A stretch of DNA of 64,000 bases from an uncultured virus (IMG/VR IMGVR_UViG_3300011113_000633) (IMGVR_UViG_3300011113_000633), one strand, 5' to 3'; shown: positions 44,838 to 56,010, counted from the first letter of the stretch. Translations and numbers: made by a program. The notes: generated by a model from the letters alone, not told the origin.

Positions 44838-47630
44838 ATGGAAGAACCAAATCTTTCTGGTGGCTTAGGCGGCAGTGCTGCTGAAGGTAACGCCGCTAGT
44901 GCAATGGGTAATTCTGTTGTTAACTCACGCCTTAGCGTTGACCTTAAAATGTTGGAAGGTCTTAACAGAGAACTTAACACCTTAAACGAAAACACTAAAA
45001 AAATTAAATCTAATTTTAAAGATTTAATTAGGAACACCAAAGACTTAACTGCAGAACTAAACAAAGCCGCTACTGCAATGGGCAAAGTTAGTGGCAAATC
45101 TAGTTCTGGTTACATGGACACATCTAAAGGCATGCCAGCAGTAGCAGACATGCGTGAAATGCAATTACAAAGCGTTGAGCGCATCTTAGGAGCGCTTGGT
45201 AAAGGTGGTGGAGGGTTACCTGGCGGCGGAGGTGGCGGAGGTGGAGGAGGAAAGATTCTTGGTGGATTAAAGGCTTTTGGAAACACCTTACAAAATAATC
45301 CTTATTTTAAAACTGGTCAACAATTTGCTCAAATTGTTGGCGCTGGCGCAGACATTATTGATAGCCGTGTGGACAGAAACAGAGGTTACGCACTTCCCGC
45401 TGACAGACTAAGTGTTCAACTACAACAACAATATGGCATGAGCCAAATGGATGTAATGAACAACCTACGTGGTCCATTACGTGGTCGTCGTTTAGGAATG
45501 GGTGGAATTAACGAATTACTTTCAATGCAATCACGAACTGGAATTAATGCGGCTCAACAAGCAGGTTCTGTTGAGAGTATGAGAACATTAATGGGGTACG
45601 GTTACAGTGCTGGTGACGCAACTCAATACATTGAAAGCCTTGGTCAAGCAGACACTGTAAACAGAATGTTTATGATGACTGGAACTAGTCTTTATGGTAT
45701 TGGTGGTCAGCAAAAGTCAGCACAACAAGTAAACCAAGATTTAATTCAAAGGCTTGGATTAAACAACCGAGAAATTATTAATGCTGGTCGTCAATCTGGC
45801 TCTATGGTTCGTCAACGTTTGCAAATGTCTGGACTTGATGAAGGCGCTCAAGATTTGTTGTTGCAGTACGCAGAATCAAATGTTAGTTTTACTGAAAAAG
45901 GTGGTAAAGGTTTTTACGACCCATCTAAAAAATCAGACCGTGAACGCATGGGAATTGAAGGAAACTATGCTACACAACAAGAAGAAACTACCCGAACAGA
46001 AGTAAATCGTGAAGAACAAATGTACAAACGTCAAGCAGATAACTATGCCGATATGGAAAGAAATCTTCAACGAGTAAATAAAGTTCTTGGTGAGTTTGAA
46101 GATAAGTTGTCGTCAATTATTGGTGCTCGCACATCTACTCGTGGTATGTTTGGTGGACAGGGAATGAAATTCCTTGGCGGTGCAGCAATGGTTGCTGGTG
46201 GAGTAATGTCATTAATCCCTGGAATGCAAGCATTGGGCATTGGCACTATGGCTGCTGGTGCTGGTATGTTTTCAAAAGGTGATGCTACTGGTGGAGGAGC
46301 AGCAAACCCTGGGCGTATTGCTTCGGAAAACCCTACCAAAAAACCAACAAACACTGCTGGTCTTTCTCAATTAAAACCAGTTTTACGTGAACCTCTTGCA
46401 AAATTGATGGCAGACCGTCCTGGAATTTCTATTGGTCAGGGTTATCGCAGTCCAGAACAACAAAAGAAAATGTTTTTGGAACGCTATTACCGAACAGATG
46501 AAAAAACTGATACGTACTATGACGGTTCATATTGGATGAAAAAACCAGGTGTTGCAATGGCAGCACCTCCTGGATTGTCATATCACGAAATTGGTTTGGC
46601 TGCTGACCTTGTATTTGCTACCAATGCTGATGAAGCATGGTTGCAAGCAAATGCCAGCAAATATGGTCTTGATGAGTTTTCACGACACGGAGAACCGTGG
46701 CACGTCCAATCAAAAGCCTACCCAGCAAGCCGTAGACAGTATGAAGACAGTGGGGCAACATATGGAACAGAAACTGAACCTGAATACAAGTATGTTCCAG
46801 ACACTACTGGTGTAATCACAGAAACAGGCCCAACTGGACAAAGTGGCATGGACATGAGTTACAGTGCAACAATTAAACAACAGTTAACTATGTCTGAATC
46901 AATGGCTACTTTTTCAGCACAGGGCGTTGGTGGAACTGTTGGTGGAACTTCTAAACGACGTACACAACAAAGCGGAAAAGACAGAGGAAGTGCAGGAAAA
47001 ACAAAAATTGATTCCGCTCCTGGTTCTTTTGACCCATACGAGTTGGCTCGTATGCTTGACCGAAGAAAGTTTAAAAAAGAAGACATTTGGAAGATGCTTG
47101 CTATTTCATGGCGAGAATCTAGGTGGAATCCAAAAGCCTATGTAAGAGACCATGACGATGATTCATATGGTTTGTTTCAAATTAACATGCTTGGAAACAT
47201 GGGTCCAAAACGCGCTAAAGATTTTGGAATTTCAGATTACAAACAATTACTTGACCCAACAACAAATATAAAAGCAGCGCGTATTATGTATGGAGGCGGC
47301 AATTTAGACCCTTGGACTAAAAATGGAAGTCCAATAGGTGGGATTCCTGACTCAACAATTAAAGTAAGTAAAGAAATTGCTGGAAGTCTTGGGTTTCCTA
47401 CAGGCGACCCTTCAGATAAAGGTTATACTCCGCAAAGACAAAAAAATAGTTCTGCATCTGGTTCTACTACTATTAAAACTGGAGAAACTATAAACAATAC
47501 GTTTAATGTTACTCCTACTATAAACCTTACTAGTACTGGGTCTGTTCCTGTAGACGCTGCCAAATTAGCAAAAGAAGTAACCAAACTTATTGACCGCGAA
47601 CTAAAAATGAACATGGTAAGGAGTTCGTAA
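44838..47630 (+). CDS. Tape measure protein with M15 peptidase and lytic transglycosylase domains
   Basis: Position; GYRS..Q, SYHEIGLAAD, EPWH; RES.WNP.A...SYGLFQIN. Confidence 0.88.
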   Translation: MEEPNLSGGLGGSAAEGNAASAMGNSVVNSRLSVDLKMLEGLNRELNTLNENTKKIKSNFKDLIRNTKDLTAELNKAATAMGKVSGKSSSGYMDTSKGMPAVADMREMQLQSVERILGALGKGGGGLPGGGGGGGGGGKILGGLKAFGNTLQNNPYFKTGQQFAQIVGAGADIIDSRVDRNRGYALPADRLSVQLQQQYGMSQMDVMNNLRGPLRGRRLGMGGINELLSMQSRTGINAAQQAGSVESMRTLMGYGYSAGDATQYIESLGQADTVNRMFMMTGTSLYGIGGQQKSAQQVNQDLIQRLGLNNREIINAGRQSGSMVRQRLQMSGLDEGAQDLLLQYAESNVSFTEKGGKGFYDPSKKSDRERMGIEGNYATQQEETTRTEVNREEQMYKRQADNYADMERNLQRVNKVLGEFEDKLSSIIGARTSTRGMFGGQGMKFLGGAAMVAGGVMSLIPGMQALGIGTMAAGAGMFSKGDATGGGAANPGRIASENPTKKPTNTAGLSQLKPVLREPLAKLMADRPGISIGQGYRSPEQQKKMFLERYYRTDEKTDTYYDGSYWMKKPGVAMAAPPGLSYHEIGLAADLVFATNADEAWLQANASKYGLDEFSRHGEPWHVQSKAYPASRRQYEDSGATYGTETEPEYKYVPDTTGVITETGPTGQSGMDMSYSATIKQQLTMSESMATFSAQGVGGTVGGTSKRRTQQSGKDRGSAGKTKIDSAPGSFDPYELARMLDRRKFKKEDIWKMLAISWRESRWNPKAYVRDHDDDSYGLFQINMLGNMGPKRAKDFGISDYKQLLDPTTNIKAARIMYGGGNLDPWTKNGSPIGGIPDSTIKVSKEIAGSLGFPTGDPSDKGYTPQRQKNSSASGSTTIKTGETINNTFNVTPTINLTSTGSVPVDAAKLAKEVTKLIDRELKMNMVRSS

Positions 47631-47631
47631 T

Positions 47632-49434
47632 ATGGCTGATTTTGAAAAACTTGAATGGACTTTAGCAGAAGCAGAAAACGTTAATTTTTCTAATTATTCA
47701 AATTTAGGAGAAGCAAGAAACCCAAGCAGGGAAAACAAACCTTTTGCTTATCCTGGTCCTTACTCTAGAAACATTGCTGGAACAAACATAAACCAAAAAA
47801 TGAAACGCGGTTTTATGCGTAGCATCATTATGGACCAAACTATTGCAGGTGCTTTTAAAACAAATAGTCCAGGAAACCTTCGCCTTAATTTTCAATTTAA
47901 TCCAGAATATATTGAACGTAATGTGCGCCAAAGTCCTGGTGCTGTAAACCCTTTATTACAAAATCCAGCCAACTTAACTCAAGCAGTTCCAGGAACTGCT
48001 GAATTTAATTTTACTATGATGTTTAACCGTGAGGCAGAAGTAGCGCAAAGAGAAAGAGATTTTGTGCTAACTACTACTGATGATGATTCTATTGCTAGGC
48101 AAGCAAGGGCACAAGGATTTGACATTGATGGTAGTTTAGTAAGCAGTGCAATGACAGACCCTGGTCAAGTTGGAGTAATGCATGACCTTGCTATCTTTGA
48201 CAGCATTATTGGACAAGGTATTACTCAAGAATTAGTTAACGTTATTTCAGCGTATACAAGACAACAAGTTGTCGCATTAACTAATGAGACAGACACACAA
48301 GATGAAGATACAGAAGTCCCTACTTTTGACGAAACAAAATTTAATACATCAGTTGAAGCAAACTTTGGTAACTCTGCTTTCTTAAACCCAATGCCTGTTC
48401 GCATTGTGTTTTCAGATTTATTTATGGTTGAAGGTTTGGTAGTTGGTTCTGCTGTTGCTTTTCAAAAGTTTAGTCAAAACATGGTTCCAACACTTTGTCA
48501 AGTTAATTGTACTGTATATGCGTTATACGTTGGCTTTGCAAAGAAAAAAGCGTTTCTAACAGACAACCTTACGTCTTGGGCAACTACTACAGTATTAGCA
48601 GATAAAGAGGCTGCAGCCGAAGTTACTAAAGAAACTAAAGTACTATCACAAAGTCTTGTTACATTGCACCTTGCTGTTAATGTTTCTGATGGAAACAAAC
48701 TAACTGTACCAACACATAACACTGTTGCTATGAAAATATTTACACCAACAACTACTGGTAAATTTTTAGAATCTGCTTCGTATTATTCAGGAAACGGTAG
48801 TACTGGTGAAACAAGTTGGGTAACACTACCTCAATATTTTAATGCTTTTGCTGCAAGTGGCACGGGATTAGCAATAATGAGAAATACCGCAAATACGGAA
48901 TTTGTTGGTGGACAAGTTATTGGTGGTTTTGTTGGTAATACTCTTCCAATAAGTATATATCTTGAAACTACAGATAAAGAATTTAATAATGTTTCATCTA
49001 CATTTACAGCAAGTATTATTGACAGCGCTACTGGTCAAACTAAAAATACTGTTCCTTCTAATAACACTAATAATTGGGTTGCAGTTAGACAAGGTGAAAT
49101 GGGTTTTAGTATAGAAAACACTAAAAAAGTTCCAACAACTTACATGTTTAAAAACACTTTTTATATTGACCCAGTAGATGTAACTAGTGTAAAACAAACA
49201 ATTAATAACAATTCAAAATGTCAATTAAAAATAGAAATTAAATTTAGTAAAACGTTATCAAACGGAACTTTGGTTACTCATAGTATTGAACAAATTTTTA
49301 ATTACAATGGAACTGACCCGTTTTTTTACGAAAACGACCTTGGAAATACTGGTAGTAATGCTTTATTAGTTGCTAAACACAAAGTTAACCTTAAACGCTC
49401 AGGTGGCGGTGGCGGTGGCGTGAGGCGTACATGA
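47632..49434 (+). CDS. Tail tube initiator/baseplate protein
   Basis: LNFQFNPEYI, F..MFNR; follows the tape measure gene. Confidence 0.55.
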   Translation: MADFEKLEWTLAEAENVNFSNYSNLGEARNPSRENKPFAYPGPYSRNIAGTNINQKMKRGFMRSIIMDQTIAGAFKTNSPGNLRLNFQFNPEYIERNVRQSPGAVNPLLQNPANLTQAVPGTAEFNFTMMFNREAEVAQRERDFVLTTTDDDSIARQARAQGFDIDGSLVSSAMTDPGQVGVMHDLAIFDSIIGQGITQELVNVISAYTRQQVVALTNETDTQDEDTEVPTFDETKFNTSVEANFGNSAFLNPMPVRIVFSDLFMVEGLVVGSAVAFQKFSQNMVPTLCQVNCTVYALYVGFAKKKAFLTDNLTSWATTTVLADKEAAAEVTKETKVLSQSLVTLHLAVNVSDGNKLTVPTHNTVAMKIFTPTTTGKFLESASYYSGNGSTGETSWVTLPQYFNAFAASGTGLAIMRNTANTEFVGGQVIGGFVGNTLPISIYLETTDKEFNNVSSTFTASIIDSATGQTKNTVPSNNTNNWVAVRQGEMGFSIENTKKVPTTYMFKNTFYIDPVDVTSVKQTINNNSKCQLKIEIKFSKTLSNGTLVTHSIEQIFNYNGTDPFFYENDLGNTGSNALLVAKHKVNLKRSGGGGGGVRRT

Positions 49435-49694
49435 TTAACTCCAAATCTTCTCGTTATTCTTCTTTATTTTATAACGATAACAACAAAGAAGCACGAACCA
49501 TTGCAGAACGTGTTATTACAAAATCTCAACCATACTTTACACACGTAACTGAATCAAACGAATCGTTTGCTTCTTTAGCAGCAAAATACTTAAACAACGA
49601 AAAACTGTATTGGTACATTGCTGACCAAAATCCGCAAGTTCGGTTTCCTGATTTAATTCCTACTGGAACTATCATTCGTATACCTTTAGTATGA
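49431..49694 (+). CDS. LysM-like baseplate protein (gpX/gp53-like)
   Basis: LA.KYL....YW.IAD.NP...P..IP.GT.IRIP. Confidence 0.85.
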   Translation: MINSKSSRYSSLFYNDNNKEARTIAERVITKSQPYFTHVTESNESFASLAAKYLNNEKLYWYIADQNPQVRFPDLIPTGTIIRIPLV

Positions 49695-50863
49695 TTACTA
49701 CTAATTTATCACCTCTTGGTATTAGTTGGAATATTGCAATTGATGGAGTTCCATTTAATAAACAAACAGTTCAACGTGTTTTAACTTCATTTGTTGAAAA
49801 TCAACATGATTACATGGTTGTAGAATTAGTTGGAGTTCCTGCTTCTTATGTATCTACGTATGTAGACCGTCCTATTACAGCGTCTGTAAAAATTAACGGA
49901 GGCAAATCGTTTACGTTTTATGGTTATGTAACTCAGATTGAAGGCACTTCGGTTACAAATGAAGGAACAGTAAACAATACTCCTTTTCAAATTATTAAAC
50001 TTATTTGCCTTGGGTCATCTCATTTGCTTCGCAGTAATAACACATTGGTTTGGGAAAACGTTACTTTAGAAAATATCGTTTCCGATATTGCCAAAGATTT
50101 TAGATTAGGCTATTCAATGCCAGTAGATAACTATGTATTTAAACGTCTTGTGCAATCTGAAGAGTCGCTATGGAAACTACTTGTAAAAGCGTGCGACCAA
50201 TTAGGTTATGTCATAACGCTCACCAACTCTCACATACATATTTGGGATAAAAACAAATCATTAGCGCGTCAACCGTCATACACTGTTTTGCGCGGAATAA
50301 AAATTAAAAGAAAAAACTATAACCCTCTTCCAGGAGACATTCTTAACATAGAATCAACTTTAGGAACTGCAGATGTTTCTCAACAAGCAGGTGACAAAAC
50401 AGTTACATATGTTGATGAACGCGGTGTATTTGTAACAGTTGATAGTTCTCAATTAAACGGAATAAACAGTTTTGGAACTCCTCCAGAAAGCAGATTCTAC
50501 AACAAGTTAACAGTCAGTGTTGATTCGTTTGAAAAAGCATCTCGTTATATTGAATCTAAAATTAAAAAAGCATATCCATATATGGCAGACGCTTTAGTAT
50601 ATGGAGACCCTTCTATTGTTCCAGGTGGAGTTGTAAAAATTGAAGGTTACGGAGGAGATTTTGATGGGTACTGGTACGTCAATTCAGTAACTCACACATT
50701 GTCAACAGACACGTTAACATCATTTATAAAGATAGAAAAAGATGGAACATACGACATTCTTCCAAAGTTTCCAATTGTTCAGCGTTACCAAGAGCCACCT
50801 TTGCCAACATTAATTAAAAATAAATGGGTAATGAAATCAGAGTATGTAAATGTATACAACTAA
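49691..50863 (+). CDS. Baseplate hub (gpD/gp27-like)
   Basis: F.GYV, Q..ES.W.LL, GDP.I.PG..V.I.G....FDG.W.V..V.H. Confidence 0.85.
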   Translation: MITTNLSPLGISWNIAIDGVPFNKQTVQRVLTSFVENQHDYMVVELVGVPASYVSTYVDRPITASVKINGGKSFTFYGYVTQIEGTSVTNEGTVNNTPFQIIKLICLGSSHLLRSNNTLVWENVTLENIVSDIAKDFRLGYSMPVDNYVFKRLVQSEESLWKLLVKACDQLGYVITLTNSHIHIWDKNKSLARQPSYTVLRGIKIKRKNYNPLPGDILNIESTLGTADVSQQAGDKTVTYVDERGVFVTVDSSQLNGINSFGTPPESRFYNKLTVSVDSFEKASRYIESKIKKAYPYMADALVYGDPSIVPGGVVKIEGYGGDFDGYWYVNSVTHTLSTDTLTSFIKIEKDGTYDILPKFPIVQRYQEPPLPTLIKNKWVMKSEYVNVYN

Positions 50864-51176
50864 AGGCATTCATACTGTCGTGTCTGGAGGACCACACCGA
50901 GCAGTAGTAACCTATTCCAGTAGCAGTAGTGGAGAGATAAGGGTTCGTATACCTGCTGTGTTGGGTTCGTCGGAGGTAACCATTTCATTAATTGGCAGAC
51001 AACCTAATTCAAATGGTTGGTCTGTTCCTAGTGTTGGAGACCAAATAATTGTTGGCACAGATGATAGTACTTTTACAAATGTGTTTTGGATTCAAAGCGA
51101 TGGAACGTCTAAACTTGAAGAACGAATTGCTACGTTAGAAACACAAGTAGCGTCTATTTTGGAGGCATTGTCATGA
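50850..51176 (+). CDS. Baseplate spike (gpV/gp5 OB-fold only)
   Basis: RAVV...G.IRVRIP.V.G...P.VGD.I.V; coiled-coil C-terminus. Confidence 0.7.
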   Translation: MYTTKGIHTVVSGGPHRAVVTYSSSSSGEIRVRIPAVLGSSEVTISLIGRQPNSNGWSVPSVGDQIIVGTDDSTFTNVFWIQSDGTSKLEERIATLETQVASILEALS

Positions 51177-51571
51177 GGTCTATTAAAATACCTTTTAATT
51201 TTGAAGAAGGCAGCGTATCTTCTACAACTAACGTAGATACTATTGTTAAACAAGAAATAGTTAATTACTTTATGACAGTTGATGGAGAAAGGGTTATGAA
51301 CTCATCATATGGTGGTGGTTTGCCTAGACTGTCTTTTGAAATTAACGACCCTTTAGTTTTGGCTGATTATAAAATAGACGCTATCAGTGACGTTAATTCA
51401 AACCTGTCTTTTGGAAAAGTATTAGACATGGCTGTAGTGGACAACGAAAATACTACATTTTATGAGGAAAACGTGGCTACCGTGCTGGTTCGTTACGCCG
51501 TAGCACCTAGAACAATATCTACTGTAAAATTAATAGTAACAAACACATTTAATGAAGAAAGCGATATCTAA
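51173..51571 (+). CDS. Baseplate wedge gp25/gpW-like
   Basis: I.IPF, T..GERVM..YG. Confidence 0.85.
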   Translation: MRSIKIPFNFEEGSVSSTTNVDTIVKQEIVNYFMTVDGERVMNSSYGGGLPRLSFEINDPLVLADYKIDAISDVNSNLSFGKVLDMAVVDNENTTFYEENVATVLVRYAVAPRTISTVKLIVTNTFNEESDI

Positions 51572-53019
51572 TGGCAACTATTGATTATTCTAATCGCGAT
51601 TATGATTCTATTCGCGCTGACTTGTTGTCTCGTGCGTCAGAGATAGTTCCTGAATGGACTGCAAGAAACTCGTCTGATTTTGGAGTTTTGTTTGTTGACC
51701 TTTGGTCGTACTTTGCTGACGTACTACACTATTACATTGACCGCGCTGCTGGTGAGGCATTTATCACTACGGCAACACAACGAGAGTCGTTGTTGGCTCT
51801 TGCCAGTTTGTTTGATTACAACCCACAACTTCAAAAGTCATCAACTGCAACTGTAACTGTTGTTGGTGCAAACATTCCTGCAGGAGACGTTGTAACAATA
51901 CCAGTAGGTACTACGTTTGTTGCTCCTGCAACTTCTGAACGACCAATTGTTTATTTTACTTCAACGGAAAGTGCTTCTGCTTCTGCTTCTGCAAACGCTA
52001 TTATTTCAGTTGTTGAAGGTTTACAAGTTAATGATGAAACTGTAGGCACTTCAAACGGTGCTGCAAATCAACGTTTTTCATTGTTTTATAACGGAGTGAT
52101 TGGTGACAGTGTAGTGGTGTATGTACAAGAAGGTGTAGTAGTTGACGGTGTTCCTTCTAATGTTGAATATCAATTTGTTAACAAACTTCTTGACTCAACC
52201 GCAAATGACCGAGTGTTTACGTTATTATCAACAGCATCTAATGAAACTGAAATTGTTTTTGGAAATGGTATTAACGGTAAGATTCCAAATACTGGACAAA
52301 ACATAATTGTAAATTATCGCAAAGGTGTTGGTTCTCGTGGCAACCTTTCGGCAAATTCAATCACACAAATTCAAAACTCTCCAAGTATCTATATTTCTGA
52401 AATTTTGTCTAGTGCTGCTGTTGGTGGAGCAAACGTTGAATCAATTGAATCGTTGCGAAATAACATACCAAACTCTTTTGCAACACAAGACCGTGCTGTA
52501 TCTTTAAGTGATTATAAGGCGCTTGTTTTACAAGTTGCTGGTGTTGCTAAAGGCACTGCTTCTTATTCAAGTGGAACAGTTACTATTTATGCTGCGCCAT
52601 TTACGGAAGATTACTTAACATACTCGTCTTCAACATTGCCTGTTAACGCTACTTTACAAACCAACATTATTGAGTATTACGAACCTCGTCAAATGATTGG
52701 GGCAAGCGTAACGGCGGCTAGTGCAATTAACTTAACAGCAGTCAACGTAACTGCTACCGTAAACGTGTTGCCAGGATACATTGCAAGTAAAGTTGCTGAA
52801 TCTGTTGAAACAGCCTTGGACACGTTGTTTGAATTTGAGAATGTTTTCTTTAACCAAACTTTGTCAAAAGGCCAAATATACAGAACAATTCTTGATGTTC
52901 CTGGTGTTGATTATGTAACCCTTTCTTTACCAAGCACTGAAACCGTAACGTCTGGTGCATATGGCTTGTTAAAAAAAGGAACCTATACACTTACAACCGT
53001 TGGTGGAGTTACTGGTTAA
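51571..53019 (+). CDS. Baseplate J-like wedge protein
   Basis: DYSNRDYDSIR, PEWT, DFG, FGNGING.IP, GGA..ES, RAV...DY. Confidence 0.92.
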   Translation: MATIDYSNRDYDSIRADLLSRASEIVPEWTARNSSDFGVLFVDLWSYFADVLHYYIDRAAGEAFITTATQRESLLALASLFDYNPQLQKSSTATVTVVGANIPAGDVVTIPVGTTFVAPATSERPIVYFTSTESASASASANAIISVVEGLQVNDETVGTSNGAANQRFSLFYNGVIGDSVVVYVQEGVVVDGVPSNVEYQFVNKLLDSTANDRVFTLLSTASNETEIVFGNGINGKIPNTGQNIIVNYRKGVGSRGNLSANSITQIQNSPSIYISEILSSAAVGGANVESIESLRNNIPNSFATQDRAVSLSDYKALVLQVAGVAKGTASYSSGTVTIYAAPFTEDYLTYSSSTLPVNATLQTNIIEYYEPRQMIGASVTAASAINLTAVNVTATVNVLPGYIASKVAESVETALDTLFEFENVFFNQTLSKGQIYRTILDVPGVDYVTLSLPSTETVTSGAYGLLKKGTYTLTTVGGVTG

Positions 53020-54984
53020 ATGGCTTTAATATCTTTTCGGTTACGCCGAACCGATGATGTTGGTTCTTATGTTCGCGAAGAAAGCCGACTAGATTCTGCA
53101 CTTCGTAGTGACTCATATGTAACCCCAACAGATTCATCTGGGTTCTCGTCGTTTAGTGCAACGGTAATGAACGTTGAAGAACAAACTGTAATAGATGCAG
53201 GACGACCAGGCGGTCAATACACCGTTTATGAATACGACGTGTTGACAGAATGGACATTGACTGAAGCGTTGGTTTCTTCTCCAGCAACCGTTTCACCAAC
53301 TGAAATACATTTAATAGTTAACCAATACGGAGAACCACTTACAGTTGAAGATGGTACAACAATCTTTACTTGTAATAGTTCATCTTTTGTAAACACCTTT
53401 CGTCACATTAGTGCGTTATACAAACCTGGAACTTGGTTGTACTACGGTTTTTTTATTAAATACTCAGATGGCTCAACAGAATGGTTTGAGCGTGCTGCAA
53501 CAGTAACAGTTCAATTGCCAAAATATTACCAATCAGTTGAAGACCTTTGGAAACGAATTCCAGAGTACTACAGGGCTGCTGACTACGCCGAAGGGAAAGG
53601 TCATCTTAAAAAGTACTTGTCGTTGTTTGGCTGGGAACTTGATAAAACACGAAGTTTAATTGACAGTTTAATAACTATAAATGACCCTGTTACTTCTCCA
53701 ACTGCAACCCTTGATGCCATTGCCAAACAATTAGGAGTGCCAGTAACTTCATTGGACGTTGGGACATCCAGGCTTAGAAGCGTCCTTTTAAATATTTTTA
53801 ACCTTCGCCAACGCAAAGGAACGATTGACGGAACAACTTCTTTTATTTCTGCAATGTCTGGTTGTCAATCTCGTTTTGATTCAAATACAAATACTTTTTA
53901 TGTGTATTCGCAACGAGTTAATCTTTTATCAGACCCTAAATTTAGGCAACAAGATATTTCTTTTTATTTAGGAAACCCGTCTGTACTTGATAGAACACCT
54001 TTTACACTTCGTAGTGAGAGTGGTGGTTCTGCCTTACGTAACCCAGACGCAAATGATGATGCAATCAGAAACTACAACTCAAACCCTTTGTCTGTAGGAG
54101 AGTTAGCAGAATACACAACGACTTTAACAACCGATACTGCGGCTTCTGTAGGTTGGGGTGTTTACACGTATGGAAGTGCTTTTTCTGGAGGTGCTTCTGT
54201 TCCTGTTATTAACACAGTTATTTATGACGGTGAAGAAACGGCGGGTGCTTCGGTTTCTGTTGTTTATGCAAACGGAGATGGTATTAAAATTGAAATTCCA
54301 AATGATGCAACTGGTCCTCAAGTAGTTGTTGTATACGGAAGAAAACCTTTTTATTACCGAAATGATGTTACTTATTACAGTTCTTTTAACTGCAATCTTT
54401 CAGGAGCATCTTTTGTTAACCTTCGTTTTATAACTAACGATAACATTAATAGTTTTATAGAAATTGACCCACCAGACTCTATTGGTGAAGCATTGTTTTA
54501 TGATTCATGGAATACTGAAAGCGCCGCAAATCAAGACATATTTTTATATGGAAACACTGCTTATTACAACGCCAGTGCGCCTGGTTTGGCAACCGCTGGT
54601 CGCTTTAGTTTGCAACATCCAGAATCTCCAGACATTGACAACGTTGAAAAGGCTGTAGTTCCAGCATTAGTATTCTTTGCAGACCCAGGTGACTCTATCA
54701 TTGTCTCTAAATGGTTGGTTGAACCTAATGCCGTAGGACGTTATTTTGATGGAGATGACATCTATGGTGGTTTTATTCAACAGGCAAACCAACCAAGCAT
54801 TGTTGGTGTTGCAGACTACCGATGGGGTCCAAACGGCGGCGAAGACAATGAAAACTTTTCGTACTACACCCTTGATTATGCGAGAGTTACAAACGCGGTA
54901 GAACGTGTTGTTGAAGACACTTTGATACCTGTTAACATGATTGGCAACTACACTATTGAATGGAACACTATCCCAGGAGACTAA
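53020..54984 (+). CDS. Baseplate wedge (gpI-like) with extensions
   Basis: LW..IPEYY, L..YL..FG.E.D, L..IA..LG, RKGT..G. Confidence 0.7.
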   Translation: MALISFRLRRTDDVGSYVREESRLDSALRSDSYVTPTDSSGFSSFSATVMNVEEQTVIDAGRPGGQYTVYEYDVLTEWTLTEALVSSPATVSPTEIHLIVNQYGEPLTVEDGTTIFTCNSSSFVNTFRHISALYKPGTWLYYGFFIKYSDGSTEWFERAATVTVQLPKYYQSVEDLWKRIPEYYRAADYAEGKGHLKKYLSLFGWELDKTRSLIDSLITINDPVTSPTATLDAIAKQLGVPVTSLDVGTSRLRSVLLNIFNLRQRKGTIDGTTSFISAMSGCQSRFDSNTNTFYVYSQRVNLLSDPKFRQQDISFYLGNPSVLDRTPFTLRSESGGSALRNPDANDDAIRNYNSNPLSVGELAEYTTTLTTDTAASVGWGVYTYGSAFSGGASVPVINTVIYDGEETAGASVSVVYANGDGIKIEIPNDATGPQVVVVYGRKPFYYRNDVTYYSSFNCNLSGASFVNLRFITNDNINSFIEIDPPDSIGEALFYDSWNTESAANQDIFLYGNTAYYNASAPGLATAGRFSLQHPESPDIDNVEKAVVPALVFFADPGDSIIVSKWLVEPNAVGRYFDGDDIYGGFIQQANQPSIVGVADYRWGPNGGEDNENFSYYTLDYARVTNAVERVVEDTLIPVNMIGNYTIEWNTIPGD

Positions 54985-55238
54985 TGGAACTATTACTTGC
55001 AGCACTAGCCGTTTACAAAGTTGTACAAATTTTAGATTTATTTTTGACAAAGGAACCAATGCCTTGGGTTAAAGTTGTTGCGACATTGGTTATGTCATAT
55101 GCAGCAGTTCTAATCTTATGGACCGAAATTATTTGGTTGCATGGACTTGTAGTTGCAACAATCGCTGGTATAGTGCACAGCCTAATTCGCATGATTACAC
55201 TCATGGGAGATATGGCAAGAACAAAATCGTTACGTTAA
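54984..55238 (+). CDS. Small membrane protein
   Basis: Three hydrophobic segments; AGGAG upstream. Confidence 0.7.
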   Translation: MELLLAALAVYKVVQILDLFLTKEPMPWVKVVATLVMSYAAVLILWTEIIWLHGLVVATIAGIVHSLIRMITLMGDMARTKSLR

Positions 55239-55250
55239 AAGGAGAACAAC

Positions 55251-55928
55251 ATGAATCAGTTTGTAATACTTGGAGTAGGAAACACCTCTGAAAACATCAT
55301 AGAAGATTGTTTATTTGATTTGCCAAAGGACAGTATGTATCACATTTATACATACCGAACAAATTTGGAAGGAGTGTGCCGAGTCTACGATTGGTTGTTA
55401 GATAACAAAGCATCGTACATTGCGTATCACAATAACACAGCACCAGTAATGTTGACTAACGAAGCAACTAAAGCAGTTGAGTCAACCATAGATGAGATGA
55501 TTGACGTGGCGCGAAATATAAAAGCCACTGTTCTTTACTTATGGAACGACAAAGATGAAGTGGAGTCCGAGAAAGACGTAACCAAATTAATTGATAGCGG
55601 ATTACGTGTTCTTGACTTAACACAAGGTCTTACCCCATTCTTAATTGTTGACAACAAAAAAGAAGTAAACGACACTGTTGATTCTCTTAAACCAGTTACT
55701 CGTGAAGAGTATGAAGAGATGCCGTTGGCTTCGCTAAAACAACAAGCAGCAGCACATGGTGTTCCAGATAATAAACTTAAATCAAAAGAAGAAATGATTG
55801 AAGCATTGATAGAAGAAATGACAGCAACAGTGGTAGTTATTACTGGAAAGTTAGCCCCACTAGAATATCCAAAAGTATTTAAAGTTACAGAACAAGTAGC
55901 ACAACAAATAATCAACGACTTAACGTAA
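55251..55928 (+). CDS. Hypothetical protein
   Basis: AAAGGAG RBS; C-terminal short helical motif (L...LK..A...G...K.EMI). Confidence 0.7.
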   Translation: MNQFVILGVGNTSENIIEDCLFDLPKDSMYHIYTYRTNLEGVCRVYDWLLDNKASYIAYHNNTAPVMLTNEATKAVESTIDEMIDVARNIKATVLYLWNDKDEVESEKDVTKLIDSGLRVLDLTQGLTPFLIVDNKKEVNDTVDSLKPVTREEYEEMPLASLKQQAAAHGVPDNKLKSKEEMIEALIEEMTATVVVITGKLAPLEYPKVFKVTEQVAQQIINDLT

Positions 55929-55932
55929 TTAC

Positions 55933-56010
55933 GCAGGGGGACTGGAGGCGGAAAGGAGGTAGAAAAACCTCCAGCCCACACCCTGCTCAGCGTTCGGACA
56001 AGGACGCTGA
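55933..56010. ncRNA. Putative structured small RNA or leader with SD/anti-SD loop
   Basis: Nested stems GCAGGG/CCCTGC and CTGGAGG/CCTCCAG, loop GAAAGGAGGT, second hairpin TCAGCGTTC/GGACGCTGA; minus-strand TAAACT at 56015-56020. Confidence 0.5.

Noticed and set aside
41712..54984. Extracellular contractile injection system or tailocin
   Set aside because: Terminase, portal, scaffold, capsid and a replication module are present, so this is a phage
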